A DNA stretch of 64,000 nt, taken from an uncultured virus (IMG/VR IMGVR_UViG_3300031760_000011). Its lineage: Duplodnaviria; Heunggongvirae; Uroviricota; Caudoviricetes. Below the pieces are notes generated by a model. That model was given only the letters and a program-made list of their open reading frames with translations, made no database searches and was not told where the DNA came from. The translations under genes were made by a program, and so were the position numbers. Where the stretch lies: IMG/VR virus record IMGVR_UViG_3300031760_000011. The stretch is one strand, 5' to 3'. Positions 1-8,475 of the stretch are shown here, piece by piece. Each line of letters starts with the position of its first letter. The first letter of the stretch is position 1.

Positions 1-249
1 AGCTGAATAGTCACCAGTGTTGGTAGCAGCTGACCAGTTGCCAGTGTTGGTAGCAGCTGAACAGTTGCCAGTGTTGGTAGCAGCTGAATAGTCACCAGTG
101 TTGGTAGCAGCTGACCGGTTGCCAGTGTTGGTAGCAGCTGACCGGTTGCCAGTGTTGGTAGCAGCTGACCGGTCGCCAGTGTTGGTAGCAGCTGAACAGT
201 CACCAGTGTTGGTAGCAGCTGAATAGTCACCAGTGTTGGTAGCAGCTGA
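1..249. repeat. 27-nt coding tandem repeat, at least 9 units (SAATNTG[DN][YWCR])
   Basis: Unit AGCTGANNRGTYRCCAGTGTTGGTAGC repeated head-to-tail. Confidence 0.97.
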
Positions 250-606
250 TTTTTCTTCTTCAGACTGTTTGGAATTCTTCCAATCAACCTTATCAAAAAT
301 AAACTTTACACCGGCTTTGATAATACCTGCAATACCAATTTCGGCAACGATTTTGATGTGTGAGAATGCTGATTTAGAATCATCTCCTTCATGTGATTCT
401 TTACCAGAGCATTCAACTTCACAAAACCGAGAATTTCCATCAGGTTCATAATAACCAAATACGTCAAACGGATTTTCACATGCGTGAAATCCATTCTCGC
501 AGCATTTGATATCGCCGTCCATGTCATATTCCTTTCCAATTTCATATTGGAACTGGTTTTTGCACTGAAGATTCTTATCGAATCCCTTGTAATAAATCTT
601 ACCCAT
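1..606 (-). CDS. Phage protein with YKGFDKNL/CCENGFHACENP N-terminal domain and C-terminal SAATNTGxx repeats (partial, runs off window start)
   Basis: Not in ORF track. Manual translation from ATG 606 (RBS AAGGAG): MGKIYYKGFDKNLQCKNQFQYEIGKEYDMDGDIKCCENGFHACENPFDVFGYY...SAATNTGDYSAATNTGDC; open to position 1. Confidence 0.9.
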   Translation of the reverse strand, partial: MGKIYYKGFDKNLQCKNQFQYEIGKEYDMDGDIKCCENGFHACENPFDVFGYYEPDGNSRFCEVECSGKESHEGDDSKSAFSHIKIVAEIGIAGIIKAGVKFIFDKVDWKNSKQSEEEKSAATNTGDYSAATNTGDCSAATNTGDRSAATNTGNRSAATNTGNRSAATNTGDYSAATNTGNCSAATNTGNWSAATNTGDYSA

Positions 607-637
607 AAATATACTCCTTAAATATGGTGTCACAAAT

Positions 638-647
638 ATTATGTATA
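638..647 (-). promoter_or_regulatory. Putative early/middle promoter motif TATACATAAT
   Basis: Recurrent TACAT-N-AT motif about 30 nt upstream of ATG 606. Confidence 0.6.
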
Positions 648-684
648 CACGATATACTATTATTTACGAAAAAATGGAAAAGTA

Positions 685-704
685 CTGGGAGCCGAAGCTC
701 CCAG
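685..704 (-). terminator. Intrinsic terminator with C(UUCG)G loop
   Basis: 8-bp stem CTGGGAGC/GCTCCCAG after HD gene stop. Confidence 0.8.
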
Positions 705-709
705 ATATA

Positions 710-1585
710 TTATTTTACAAATTGCTTGAGATAAGCGCCAAACTTTTCGTCAGTAGGATATCTCACATCCATTGTAACACGCATCTTGTTAATCTCTTTC
801 ACACGCAAATCGTCGATAAACTTCACTGGAAGATGCTCTGCATAAGCATCTTTGTCAGTGTATTTTTCATGAAGATGTGTGCGAACTTTATTGGCAATCG
901 TAGCCCAATCATTCTTGTCTTCCACATGTGCGTAGTTGTAATTAGCAGAACGCCAAAACGTTCCTTCAGCGGTATTAAACCCGTCGCATGAACGTACAAA
1001 TTTATCGAATGAATTGAGTGTAAACGTCGATGCTGTAGATGCACGATGGTGTTCGATTGCTTGCTTGATGAGAGTTGCTTCTTCTAAAGTTATCGGAATA
1101 TCATACCGAAGACCCTTGAGCCAATTCACATTGAAACCCTGAATCTTGAACGGAAGATTGATTGCTCGTGGAGTAAAATCCTGAGAAATTAATTCCCAGA
1201 AGAACTCTGCAGAAACCCAGTGATGATTATCACGAATCAACTTCTTCTTATCAGCGCCAGGATTTGTGACAATCTTATCTTTATACTTTTCAGATATGTA
1301 GTCATATACTGGTTCAATCATTCCAATGTCGTGAAACAAGCAAGCCAACTGTACCATCATCATGTAAGTAACGTGTTCAGAAAACCAAACGTCTGATTTG
1401 GTCATCTTACCATACCAGTTCATACCACATTTAACAACTTGCTCAATATGACAAGAGTTGTGAGAATCGTCAAGATACTGGTCGTAAAACTTCATGATTG
1501 CTCTGTACTGAATCATATCAGTAGCACCAAATTGGCAGGTTTCAAAACTTCCAATTCTGTCAAGGTTATCCTTAATTCGTCCCAT
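710..1585 (-). CDS. HD-domain metal-dependent phosphohydrolase
   Basis: HNSCH...LFHDIG...HH...AIEHH...SCD motifs; start reassigned to ATG 1585 with RBS AAGGAG. Confidence 0.85.
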   Translation of the reverse strand: MGRIKDNLDRIGSFETCQFGATDMIQYRAIMKFYDQYLDDSHNSCHIEQVVKCGMNWYGKMTKSDVWFSEHVTYMMMVQLACLFHDIGMIEPVYDYISEKYKDKIVTNPGADKKKLIRDNHHWVSAEFFWELISQDFTPRAINLPFKIQGFNVNWLKGLRYDIPITLEEATLIKQAIEHHRASTASTFTLNSFDKFVRSCDGFNTAEGTFWRSANYNYAHVEDKNDWATIANKVRTHLHEKYTDKDAYAEHLPVKFIDDLRVKEINKMRVTMDVRYPTDEKFGAYLKQFVK

Positions 1586-1640
1586 AAATATACTCCTTAT
1601 ATTTTGGATCATCTCAAAATGATAATATTTAATAATACTA

Positions 1641-1778
1641 GTATTGAATGTGTGGATTTTGAAGTCGAGTATGAAGACCCGATAATTCAGCATTCGATAT
1701 TACTTCATTCTTCGTGCGCTTACAATGAAAATTGCACATACAGCTATCAAAGAAGCAAAATACGATGATGATGAGTAA
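1641..1778 (+). pseudogene. Inverted, internally deleted relic of an internal-head-protein paralog
   Basis: 1641-1690 is 47/50 identical to reverse complement of 2673-2722 (IECVDFEVEYEDPIIQ); after a 1-nt shift 1692-1778 encodes IRYYFILRALTMKIAHTAIKEAKYDDDE*, resembling the C-termini of 1866..3173 and 54638..55636; no start codon or RBS. Confidence 0.75.
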
Positions 1779-1806
1779 TCTTCAGTTTTCTGTTTAGTCA
1801 CAAATA

Positions 1807-1832
1807 ACCTAGGAGGCATATGCCTCCTAGGT
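1807..1832. terminator. Perfect palindromic, probably bidirectional terminator
   Basis: ACCTAGGAGGCATATGCCTCCTAGGT. Confidence 0.8.
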
Positions 1833-1865
1833 GTTTATGCTTGTTAAGCAACAGAAGTTTGACGA

Positions 1866-3173
1866 TTAGTCGATATCGTCATCTTCCTCAGCGGTCTCTT
1901 TACATGCAGCCTTAGCAACTTTCATCGCGCAGCCACGAGAAATGACGTAAGCACGGAAGTACAGGTTGCCTGATTTCTGAGCGTTTGCGAAACCGCGCTT
2001 GAGAGCGGACATCTTTCCAGATGACGCACCGGCGTAGCTTGCGAGACGCTTTGCTTTCTGCTCTGCTGACTTGAGGTTCTTGAGAGCCTTGTCGACAGCG
2101 TCACCAGCCTTCACGATACCAAGAATAGCATCATATGTGAATCCGATCTTTGTAGCGGCATCACCAACTGTGATGTCAGACTTGTCTTTTCCCATGTCAA
2201 GCATGACTTCGACAGCGTACTTACCAGCACTCTCGGCGTCTTTCTTGCCAGGGAAGAGAGCTTTGTAGTCGTCTTTTGTAATCTCATCTTTGAGCTTCGT
2301 AGAATCAGATTTGTCATCCTTGAGCTTCTGAATCGCATCAGCAAACTTATTGAGAGCTGTCGTAGCGTCGACAACAGTCTTGTTCGCAGCGTCCATAGCG
2401 GCTGTAATACCAGCTTCGATAGTTTTTCCATCGGCACCAGTTTTCGCAGCACTGAACATGCGTTCCGGGAAGTTCTTGATTTTGGTAGACGCGTTGTCTT
2501 TCAAGCCCTGTGTAATCTCGTCTTTGTGCTCTGTAAGCCACTTGCGATCCAACTTCAGCTTGTCGTTAATTTTGTAGTAAATCTTCTGGAAGAACTGAAC
2601 GACCTTCGCAGCAAACTCCTGCAAACCACGACCCATCTTCTTGAGAAGATTGTCAGCTTCGAAAGTGAGTTCCTGAATCATCGGGTCTTCATACTCGACT
2701 TCAAAATCTACACCTTCAATACCAGTGATGTCTGCCTGCTCAGGCTGATAATCATCCGCAGAAGTAACTTCTACAGTTGCATCAGGGTCAGCATCGAGGT
2801 CTGAATCAGTCAAACCGTTCGTGTCACCAGTTGTAGGCAGCGGACCTGTACCGCCGTCGAGCTCAGAATCGCTCTCACGAGTAATGCGGCGAACTTTGCC
2901 GGATTTCTTTGCAGCTTTCGCAGCCTTTGCGCTCATCTTCTTCTTGGTCACCTTGACCTTTTTCTTGCCAGACTTTGCCTTCTTGATTTTCGTGGCAGCC
3001 TCAAAAGTCATGAGATTGCTTTCGATATCGCAAAGTTCGCCGTATGCGTCAGCACACTCCAGCGCGATGTCTGCAAGGCTCATGTTGGCAACATTCTGTG
3101 CATCTCCGTATGCGTTATCACCGAACTCACCAGCCAACGCATCTTCGAGAGTAATAGGAAGTATACCGTTCAT
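1866..3173 (-). CDS. Internal head (inner-body/ejection-type) protein with cleavable propeptide
   Basis: TLE, ALE, TFE(x2) motifs followed by amphipathic helix KKMGRGLQEFAAKVVQFFQKI; late-type promoter upstream; paralogous to 54638..55636. Confidence 0.65.
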   Translation of the reverse strand: MNGILPITLEDALAGEFGDNAYGDAQNVANMSLADIALECADAYGELCDIESNLMTFEAATKIKKAKSGKKKVKVTKKKMSAKAAKAAKKSGKVRRITRESDSELDGGTGPLPTTGDTNGLTDSDLDADPDATVEVTSADDYQPEQADITGIEGVDFEVEYEDPMIQELTFEADNLLKKMGRGLQEFAAKVVQFFQKIYYKINDKLKLDRKWLTEHKDEITQGLKDNASTKIKNFPERMFSAAKTGADGKTIEAGITAAMDAANKTVVDATTALNKFADAIQKLKDDKSDSTKLKDEITKDDYKALFPGKKDAESAGKYAVEVMLDMGKDKSDITVGDAATKIGFTYDAILGIVKAGDAVDKALKNLKSAEQKAKRLASYAGASSGKMSALKRGFANAQKSGNLYFRAYVISRGCAMKVAKAACKETAEEDDDID

Positions 3174-3315
3174 ATAGGTTCTCCTTACAATGAAATTATA
3201 GCTATAACTTCATCTTATTTGTGTAATCACAACCGCTCGCCCAAGACAGTGTAACCACACTCTTAAGAGTGAAATCCAAAAGTTGAGACATCCAGCTACC
3301 TAACGACAGCGGGAT

Positions 3316-3327
3316 TAAATCAATGTT
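3316..3327 (-). promoter_or_regulatory. AACA-N6-TA late-type promoter
   Basis: AACATTGATTTA on minus strand. Confidence 0.7.
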
Positions 3328-3354
3328 ACGAGACTCTCGTAAAATCAACAAAAA

Positions 3355-3389
3355 ATAACCGACTGCTATACTTATTAGCAGTCGGTTAT
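3355..3389 (-). terminator. Intrinsic terminator
   Basis: ATAACCGACTGCTA/TAGCAGTCGGTTAT stem with U-tract on minus strand. Confidence 0.8.
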
Positions 3390-3396
3390 TCGTTAA

Positions 3397-4215
3397 TCAA
3401 GAATTGACATATTTTTCACGATGCCAAAGTCTATCAAAACGTTCTTGCTTTGCACGTGCAGTAGCTTCGAGCATACTAATGTAATTATTCATGCCTTCGT
3501 AGTCATAGACACGATTATTGTCGAGATTCGCGTAACGTCCTGTACGAATCATATGATACTGTGCCTTCTCATACTTTCCATACAACGGTTCCGATTTGAT
3601 GCATACAAATACTGCAATTTCGTTGAATGAGTAGTTGTCAACAGGAATGAGCATCATCTCATTATCAAACGGCAGTAAATCGAGCGTGGAATCTGTAAAG
3701 TCGGACAACAGATGTACTTCATCCTGATTCTCCTGAGACCACTTATATCCCGGGAGTGGGACCTTTCCATCAACGAGAACCTTCTCGAAATTCCCTTTGT
3801 AGTTGTCCTTATTGAAGTTGATAGCAGTAAAGCGTTTGCCGAAGATTGTACTATCGTAACCCTGAGGTAATGGTTCGTCTTCTTCGGCAACTTCGCTTAC
3901 GACATTATCGTCGCTTTTTTCGGATTTATCTTCAGACCCAGTTCCTTCTTCAGCATCGGAGCCAGAACTTTTGTCTTCTTCATTCTGAGATGTGCTCTCA
4001 AATTCAGCAGCGGACTCCTTAGCTTCCACAGATACAGCTTCCTCTGAATCGGAAATACTATCCGACTCGACAGCTTCAGCTACTTCTGTATCAATTTCAG
4101 TCGAAGCTTCTGGTCCGCTTTCACTTTCAGTGTCAGATTCATTCACCGCATCAGCGAGTGAACCAATCTCGATGTTAGGAGTTTCCTCCTCGGTTGAAGT
4201 TTTCTTTTTACTCAT
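3397..4215 (-). CDS. Hypothetical protein with long acidic disordered N-terminus
   Basis: ORF; ATG 4215 preceded by GGAGG. Confidence 0.8.
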   Translation of the reverse strand: MSKKKTSTEEETPNIEIGSLADAVNESDTESESGPEASTEIDTEVAEAVESDSISDSEEAVSVEAKESAAEFESTSQNEEDKSSGSDAEEGTGSEDKSEKSDDNVVSEVAEEDEPLPQGYDSTIFGKRFTAINFNKDNYKGNFEKVLVDGKVPLPGYKWSQENQDEVHLLSDFTDSTLDLLPFDNEMMLIPVDNYSFNEIAVFVCIKSEPLYGKYEKAQYHMIRTGRYANLDNNRVYDYEGMNNYISMLEATARAKQERFDRLWHREKYVNS

Positions 4216-4240
4216 GTGACCTCCCACAACTTGTATTTCA

Positions 4241-5728
4241 TTACGCTGCTTTTGCAAGTGGCGCTTCTACCGGAGTTGGCATAACCAACACTTTAGCCTT
4301 CTTTGAAGACTTTGATGTGCTAGTTTTAACGTTGTTTTTCTGCATAGCAGATTGCTTTACAGAAGATTTATTACCAAACCCAAACAAACTTCCTCCCCAG
4401 TCAAAGAGTTTCTTGATAATTCCACTGAAGAACGCAAGTCCAGCTTTGAGAACCAACGATGCGAATCCTCCGATGCGGTCTGCTATCTTGAGATTGAATC
4501 TCTTACGGTACTTCTGTTCAGTTTTGACCTTCCACTGCTCTTGCTGCCAGATAAACTGACCGACAGTCTGGTCAATAATTTTCAAACGATAATACTTGTC
4601 AACCGTTCCGTATTTATTTACGAAGTCAACGGCATCTTGTCTCCTCTCAAAGAGACACGTATGCATGTATGGAATGAAGAGACATCTGTCTATTGGGTCT
4701 AGGATGCTTGAATCCCATACGATTGCATCTTCTGTACGATATCCATCATATTCTCTTCCGTCTGAGTTATCATAGATGTGACGAGACATCTTCACATACG
4801 GAAGTCTGGTTCCATTTGCAACCTCATTGATTGCTTTCTGCTGTTCCCAAATCGGAAGTTCAGTGTCAGGACCAGATTCTAGTTCGATAGCCTGAGCTCT
4901 CGGACAATTTCCAAATGCTGTTGTGTCATCAAGTTGCCACAAAGTCTTTCCAGTGCAGTTTACAATGCTGTACGTTACGCCGTTTGTATAACGAGTTGCC
5001 AAGTTTGTCTTCTGAGCATAATCCATCAAAGAACCATACTGCTGAACGAAAGCGTCTGCTGCTTCTTTGGTTCCGAAGAATGCAAGATTCCAGCGCCAAG
5101 ACAATGCCGACCATCCATTCATGTCTTTTGCATATACAGGAACCGTCGTCATAGATTCTTTGTGAATCGTGTGCCATTTCTTGTTAATATGCTTTGTCTC
5201 CTGACTCTCGATTGCTTCTTTAACGAATAGCATGATATTACCCTTATACTCTTCGGGAACAGGAACACTGGTCTTGCCAGTGTGAGCATCGAGCATCAAC
5301 GGCGGAACCAATTTCGGGCGGCTCATAGTACCATCAACAACCCACACCGGATTCGGCGAGATGTTGTAGAACTTGTAATAGTAACACGGAGCGTCTCCGT
5401 CAATTACTCCTGAATTGTCAAACTCGGTATCGTACAATCTGCTTCCGTCTACCGTTGTGTCAATTCCAGTAGACAAATCATCACCAGGCACATACCCTTC
5501 ATTCGGCATGTAGAACCCTCCCTGAGGCGGGTTCATCATCATAGGACTCATTCCCCCCATCATCATTCCGCCACCCATACCAAACTGAGGCTGGAACTGA
5601 TTCATCGTAGGATTGCTGCCCCACATAGGTTGCTGCTGGAACTGAGTCTGCTGAAATTCAGGTTGTGCATTTGTAACGGGGTCTTCATCAACGTAAGACC
5701 ACTGTCCGTCGATATAGGTCATTTTCAT
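4241..5728 (-). CDS. Hypothetical protein: Q/M/G/P-rich N-terminus, duplicated domain, C-terminal hydrophobic helix
   Basis: 495-aa ORF, RBS AAGGAG. Confidence 0.85.
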   Translation of the reverse strand: MKMTYIDGQWSYVDEDPVTNAQPEFQQTQFQQQPMWGSNPTMNQFQPQFGMGGGMMMGGMSPMMMNPPQGGFYMPNEGYVPGDDLSTGIDTTVDGSRLYDTEFDNSGVIDGDAPCYYYKFYNISPNPVWVVDGTMSRPKLVPPLMLDAHTGKTSVPVPEEYKGNIMLFVKEAIESQETKHINKKWHTIHKESMTTVPVYAKDMNGWSALSWRWNLAFFGTKEAADAFVQQYGSLMDYAQKTNLATRYTNGVTYSIVNCTGKTLWQLDDTTAFGNCPRAQAIELESGPDTELPIWEQQKAINEVANGTRLPYVKMSRHIYDNSDGREYDGYRTEDAIVWDSSILDPIDRCLFIPYMHTCLFERRQDAVDFVNKYGTVDKYYRLKIIDQTVGQFIWQQEQWKVKTEQKYRKRFNLKIADRIGGFASLVLKAGLAFFSGIIKKLFDWGGSLFGFGNKSSVKQSAMQKNNVKTSTSKSSKKAKVLVMPTPVEAPLAKAA

Positions 5729-5746
5729 TTTGTAACACTCCTTATG

Positions 5747-5764
5747 TGTCTGAAGTTTCAGACA
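5747..5764. promoter_or_regulatory. Palindromic operator-like site (CTGARRYYTCAG family)
   Basis: TGTCTGAAGTTTCAGACA between RBS and promoter motif. Confidence 0.6.
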
Positions 5765-5765
5765 A

Positions 5766-5775
5766 ATTATGTATA
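5766..5775 (-). promoter_or_regulatory. Putative early/middle promoter motif TATACATAAT
   Basis: Recurrent motif upstream of 5728. Confidence 0.6.
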
Positions 5776-5804
5776 CTTTTCATTATATCAGTGATTTCAA
5801 GAAA

Positions 5805-5828
5805 GTCACAGGGCATCTGCCCTGTGAC
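5805..5828 (-). terminator. Terminator after gyrA-like gene
   Basis: GTCACAGGGC/GCCCTGTGAC stem. Confidence 0.75.
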
Positions 5829-5833
5829 GTATC

Positions 5834-8242
5834 TTAAAGACTGAATGCTCCATCTGTTCCTACAGGGAGCGAGATTACTTGAGGTGATGTAAGGTCGTAA
5901 ACTTTAGCTATACCGTCTGAGGTTGTAACCAAAGTTCCTCTTGGAGTAATCATGCCAACTCCTACGCATTTAACTCCGGGTTTATCCCTGCGTCCTTTAC
6001 TTGCCATAGGTTTCGGACTTACGTTGCGCTTGACAGGAGCAATATCTTTCAAAGCCTTCATGCCAAAGTGTCCATCGTTACATACAAAGTACACCAGTTC
6101 ATCAGACTTTGGATTCACCTCGAATATATCAATCGCAATTCCATCAGCATCATGCATCTTGATTCCAACAGCAGTACGTCCATGCTTCACGATATCTTTC
6201 AATGGATACATGTGGTACTTTGAGTTATCGTCACATTGCATGATTATTTCTCCGTCTTTCGGCTTGATGTGTCTTACAACCATCTGAGCACCATCTTCAT
6301 ATGGAGAAGTTGATACTCTAGTTCCTTTTGCTACAAACCTTGACGGAAGAACGTTGATTCCACTACGCTTCATATAACCATTAGGTCTGAGCACAACTAA
6401 ATCACCGATTCCGTTCTCAAAGTCTGAAGCATTTACTGGAAGCAACCCGACAATCTTTTCACCGATTCTCGGGAACTGTGCTGTAAGGTTTAACCACTTC
6501 GGAGATGCTACAGTCTGCATTTCAATTGCAGATTTCACATCGTCATACCTGTAGATAAATCCGAAATTTGAGATTATCATCAGGATATCATCCTTTGTAT
6601 TGTACTTCATGATTTGACGTCGAGTTCCTTCAGTTTTCGGCAAACCTCTGATGGTTACTCCCATTTTCAGAAACTCAGTTCTCACTACAGACACACTGTT
6701 ATCATTACTCAACACCAACGTCAAGTCAATTCCAGGTGCTTCAATAGTTCCGATTGCTTCTTGAGCATTACCATCAACCTTTGTACGTCTCGGACGTCCG
6801 AAGCGTTTCATTGCTTCCTGCTGGTCTGCGATAATCATCTGGTCAATAGCCGAATCGTTTAGCAACGCTCTCAGCTCAGTCATCTTTCCCATGAGCATAT
6901 TGTAACGCGCAATGAGTTCTTCCTTACTGCGCTTGGTAACCTCATACATACGCATACTTGCGATGTCGGTCGCCTGCAGTACAGAGAACCCATAATTTGA
7001 CATAAGCCAGTTGATAACGTCCTGTTTATCCACACCTTTATCAGATGCGTAGTTGAATATCTTTTTCAACTCAGGACCATAGACTTTCAGGATAGCTTCA
7101 AGCACGTGAGTTTCACGGTAGATTTCCTTGATTTGCCTTGTCAAGCGCTTGCGGACAGTCTCACGTCTAAACTTAAGCCATTCATCAAGCATATCCTTGA
7201 TTGTACAGTCAACCATGAGTCTTCCGCCGATTACACATGTGAAGATGAGTTGTGCAGATGACCTAAACTTGGTTTTTGACGCAATCAAGTCCATGAGTTT
7301 ATACGGGTCTGTTCCTTTGATGTACGTGATGGTTACGCTCATCTTGAAATCGCCAGTCTTTGTATTCTCTTCACAGTCAGTAGTCACCATGTCAATACCA
7401 ACCGATCTAAGTTTCGGGAACTTTTTGAGAATCTCGTTCTTCAATGTGTTGCCATCAACCAACCACGGAAGTTCTGTGATGTGAATACAATTATGAGCTT
7501 CGTCAATATCGAAGCATCCGCGCATCTTAATTGATGCTTGCGTATTATGCGTGTAATACTCGCGGACTTCTGCAGGATTCGTAATCACACCGCCACATGG
7601 AAAATCAGGAATCAAACGTTTCCCCATCTCAACGTTTGTCATTTTCGGATTTTTAATGTAGTCAATGACCAACTTACACACATCGTTAAGATTGTGCGAA
7701 GGAATCGACGAATTGAATGCTGCACCACCAATGGTATAGTTTCCGTTTATCAGGATATTCGGAATGCTCGCAGGAAGAACTGACGGCTCAGTTGTCTTGT
7801 TATCGAAATTCGGAACGAACTCCACAATCTCATCGTTCAAGTCTTTGACAAGCATCTGTACTGCATAATCCGAGAACTGCGCTTCTGTGTAACGATATGC
7901 TGCTGCAGGGTCACCCAACGGATTTCCGAAGTTTCCTTGTCCACTTACTTCAGGATAGTTTTCACCAAACGGCTGAGCCATACCTACAAGCGTACCATAG
8001 ATTGAACTATCACCATGAGGATGATAAGCGCCCATGACATCACCGACAATCTTAGCACACTTGATAGTATTCCCATGCGAACCAAGTCCTAGCGTTTTCA
8101 TAACGTACAGAATCCTTCGTGCAACAGGTTTGAATCCATCACGCACATCAGGATATCTGTCAATAAACGTAGACTTAGCAAAGAACGTCATGTTTCTTTT
8201 GACGCTATCATCAAGTGCTTCTTGCACCATATTTTCAATCAT
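5834..8242 (-). CDS. gyrA: Type IIA topoisomerase subunit A (GyrA/ParC-like)
   Basis: PDVRDGFKPVARR, YHPHGDSSIY, GQGNFG, AAAYRYTEA (catalytic Tyr), C-terminal beta-pinwheel-like repeats. Confidence 0.95.
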   Translation of the reverse strand: MIENMVQEALDDSVKRNMTFFAKSTFIDRYPDVRDGFKPVARRILYVMKTLGLGSHGNTIKCAKIVGDVMGAYHPHGDSSIYGTLVGMAQPFGENYPEVSGQGNFGNPLGDPAAAYRYTEAQFSDYAVQMLVKDLNDEIVEFVPNFDNKTTEPSVLPASIPNILINGNYTIGGAAFNSSIPSHNLNDVCKLVIDYIKNPKMTNVEMGKRLIPDFPCGGVITNPAEVREYYTHNTQASIKMRGCFDIDEAHNCIHITELPWLVDGNTLKNEILKKFPKLRSVGIDMVTTDCEENTKTGDFKMSVTITYIKGTDPYKLMDLIASKTKFRSSAQLIFTCVIGGRLMVDCTIKDMLDEWLKFRRETVRKRLTRQIKEIYRETHVLEAILKVYGPELKKIFNYASDKGVDKQDVINWLMSNYGFSVLQATDIASMRMYEVTKRSKEELIARYNMLMGKMTELRALLNDSAIDQMIIADQQEAMKRFGRPRRTKVDGNAQEAIGTIEAPGIDLTLVLSNDNSVSVVRTEFLKMGVTIRGLPKTEGTRRQIMKYNTKDDILMIISNFGFIYRYDDVKSAIEMQTVASPKWLNLTAQFPRIGEKIVGLLPVNASDFENGIGDLVVLRPNGYMKRSGINVLPSRFVAKGTRVSTSPYEDGAQMVVRHIKPKDGEIIMQCDDNSKYHMYPLKDIVKHGRTAVGIKMHDADGIAIDIFEVNPKSDELVYFVCNDGHFGMKALKDIAPVKRNVSPKPMASKGRRDKPGVKCVGVGMITPRGTLVTTSDGIAKVYDLTSPQVISLPVGTDGAFSL

Positions 8243-8466
8243 ACGTTTTCACCTCTGACTTTCAATACTTCATCAATCGTTTTACCAAGGTCTTTCAATC
8301 CGTGGTAGTTTTCACGATTCTTAAGGAAATTATCGAGCCATTCAATAGTCTTTCCTCTGAACTTCTTGAATGGTAATACGGTCTTGACAATTACACCATG
8401 GTCATCCGTAACGATTATCGAATGACCGAGGTAGTCAAGCTCGTAGTTATGATAAATTGCTTTCAT
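8239..8466 (-). CDS. Small hypothetical protein between gyrB and gyrA
   Basis: 75-aa ORF, RBS AGGAG, ATGA overlap with gyrA. Confidence 0.75.
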   Translation of the reverse strand: MKAIYHNYELDYLGHSIIVTDDHGVIVKTVLPFKKFRGKTIEWLDNFLKNRENYHGLKDLGKTIDEVLKVRGENV

Positions 8467-8475
8467 AACTAGCTC

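Noticed and set aside
1..249. CRISPR array or DGR variable region
   Set aside because: Units abut with no unique spacers and are in-frame coding. Changes are not adenine-specific, and no cas or reverse transcriptase gene is in the window.
1586..1693. N-terminal extension of the HD ORF given in the track
   Set aside because: It is the antisense reading of the relic; the RBS supports ATG 1585.
3230..3315. tRNA gene
   Set aside because: Closing stem present but no T-loop GTTCRA or canonical cloverleaf; no tRNAs recognised in the window.
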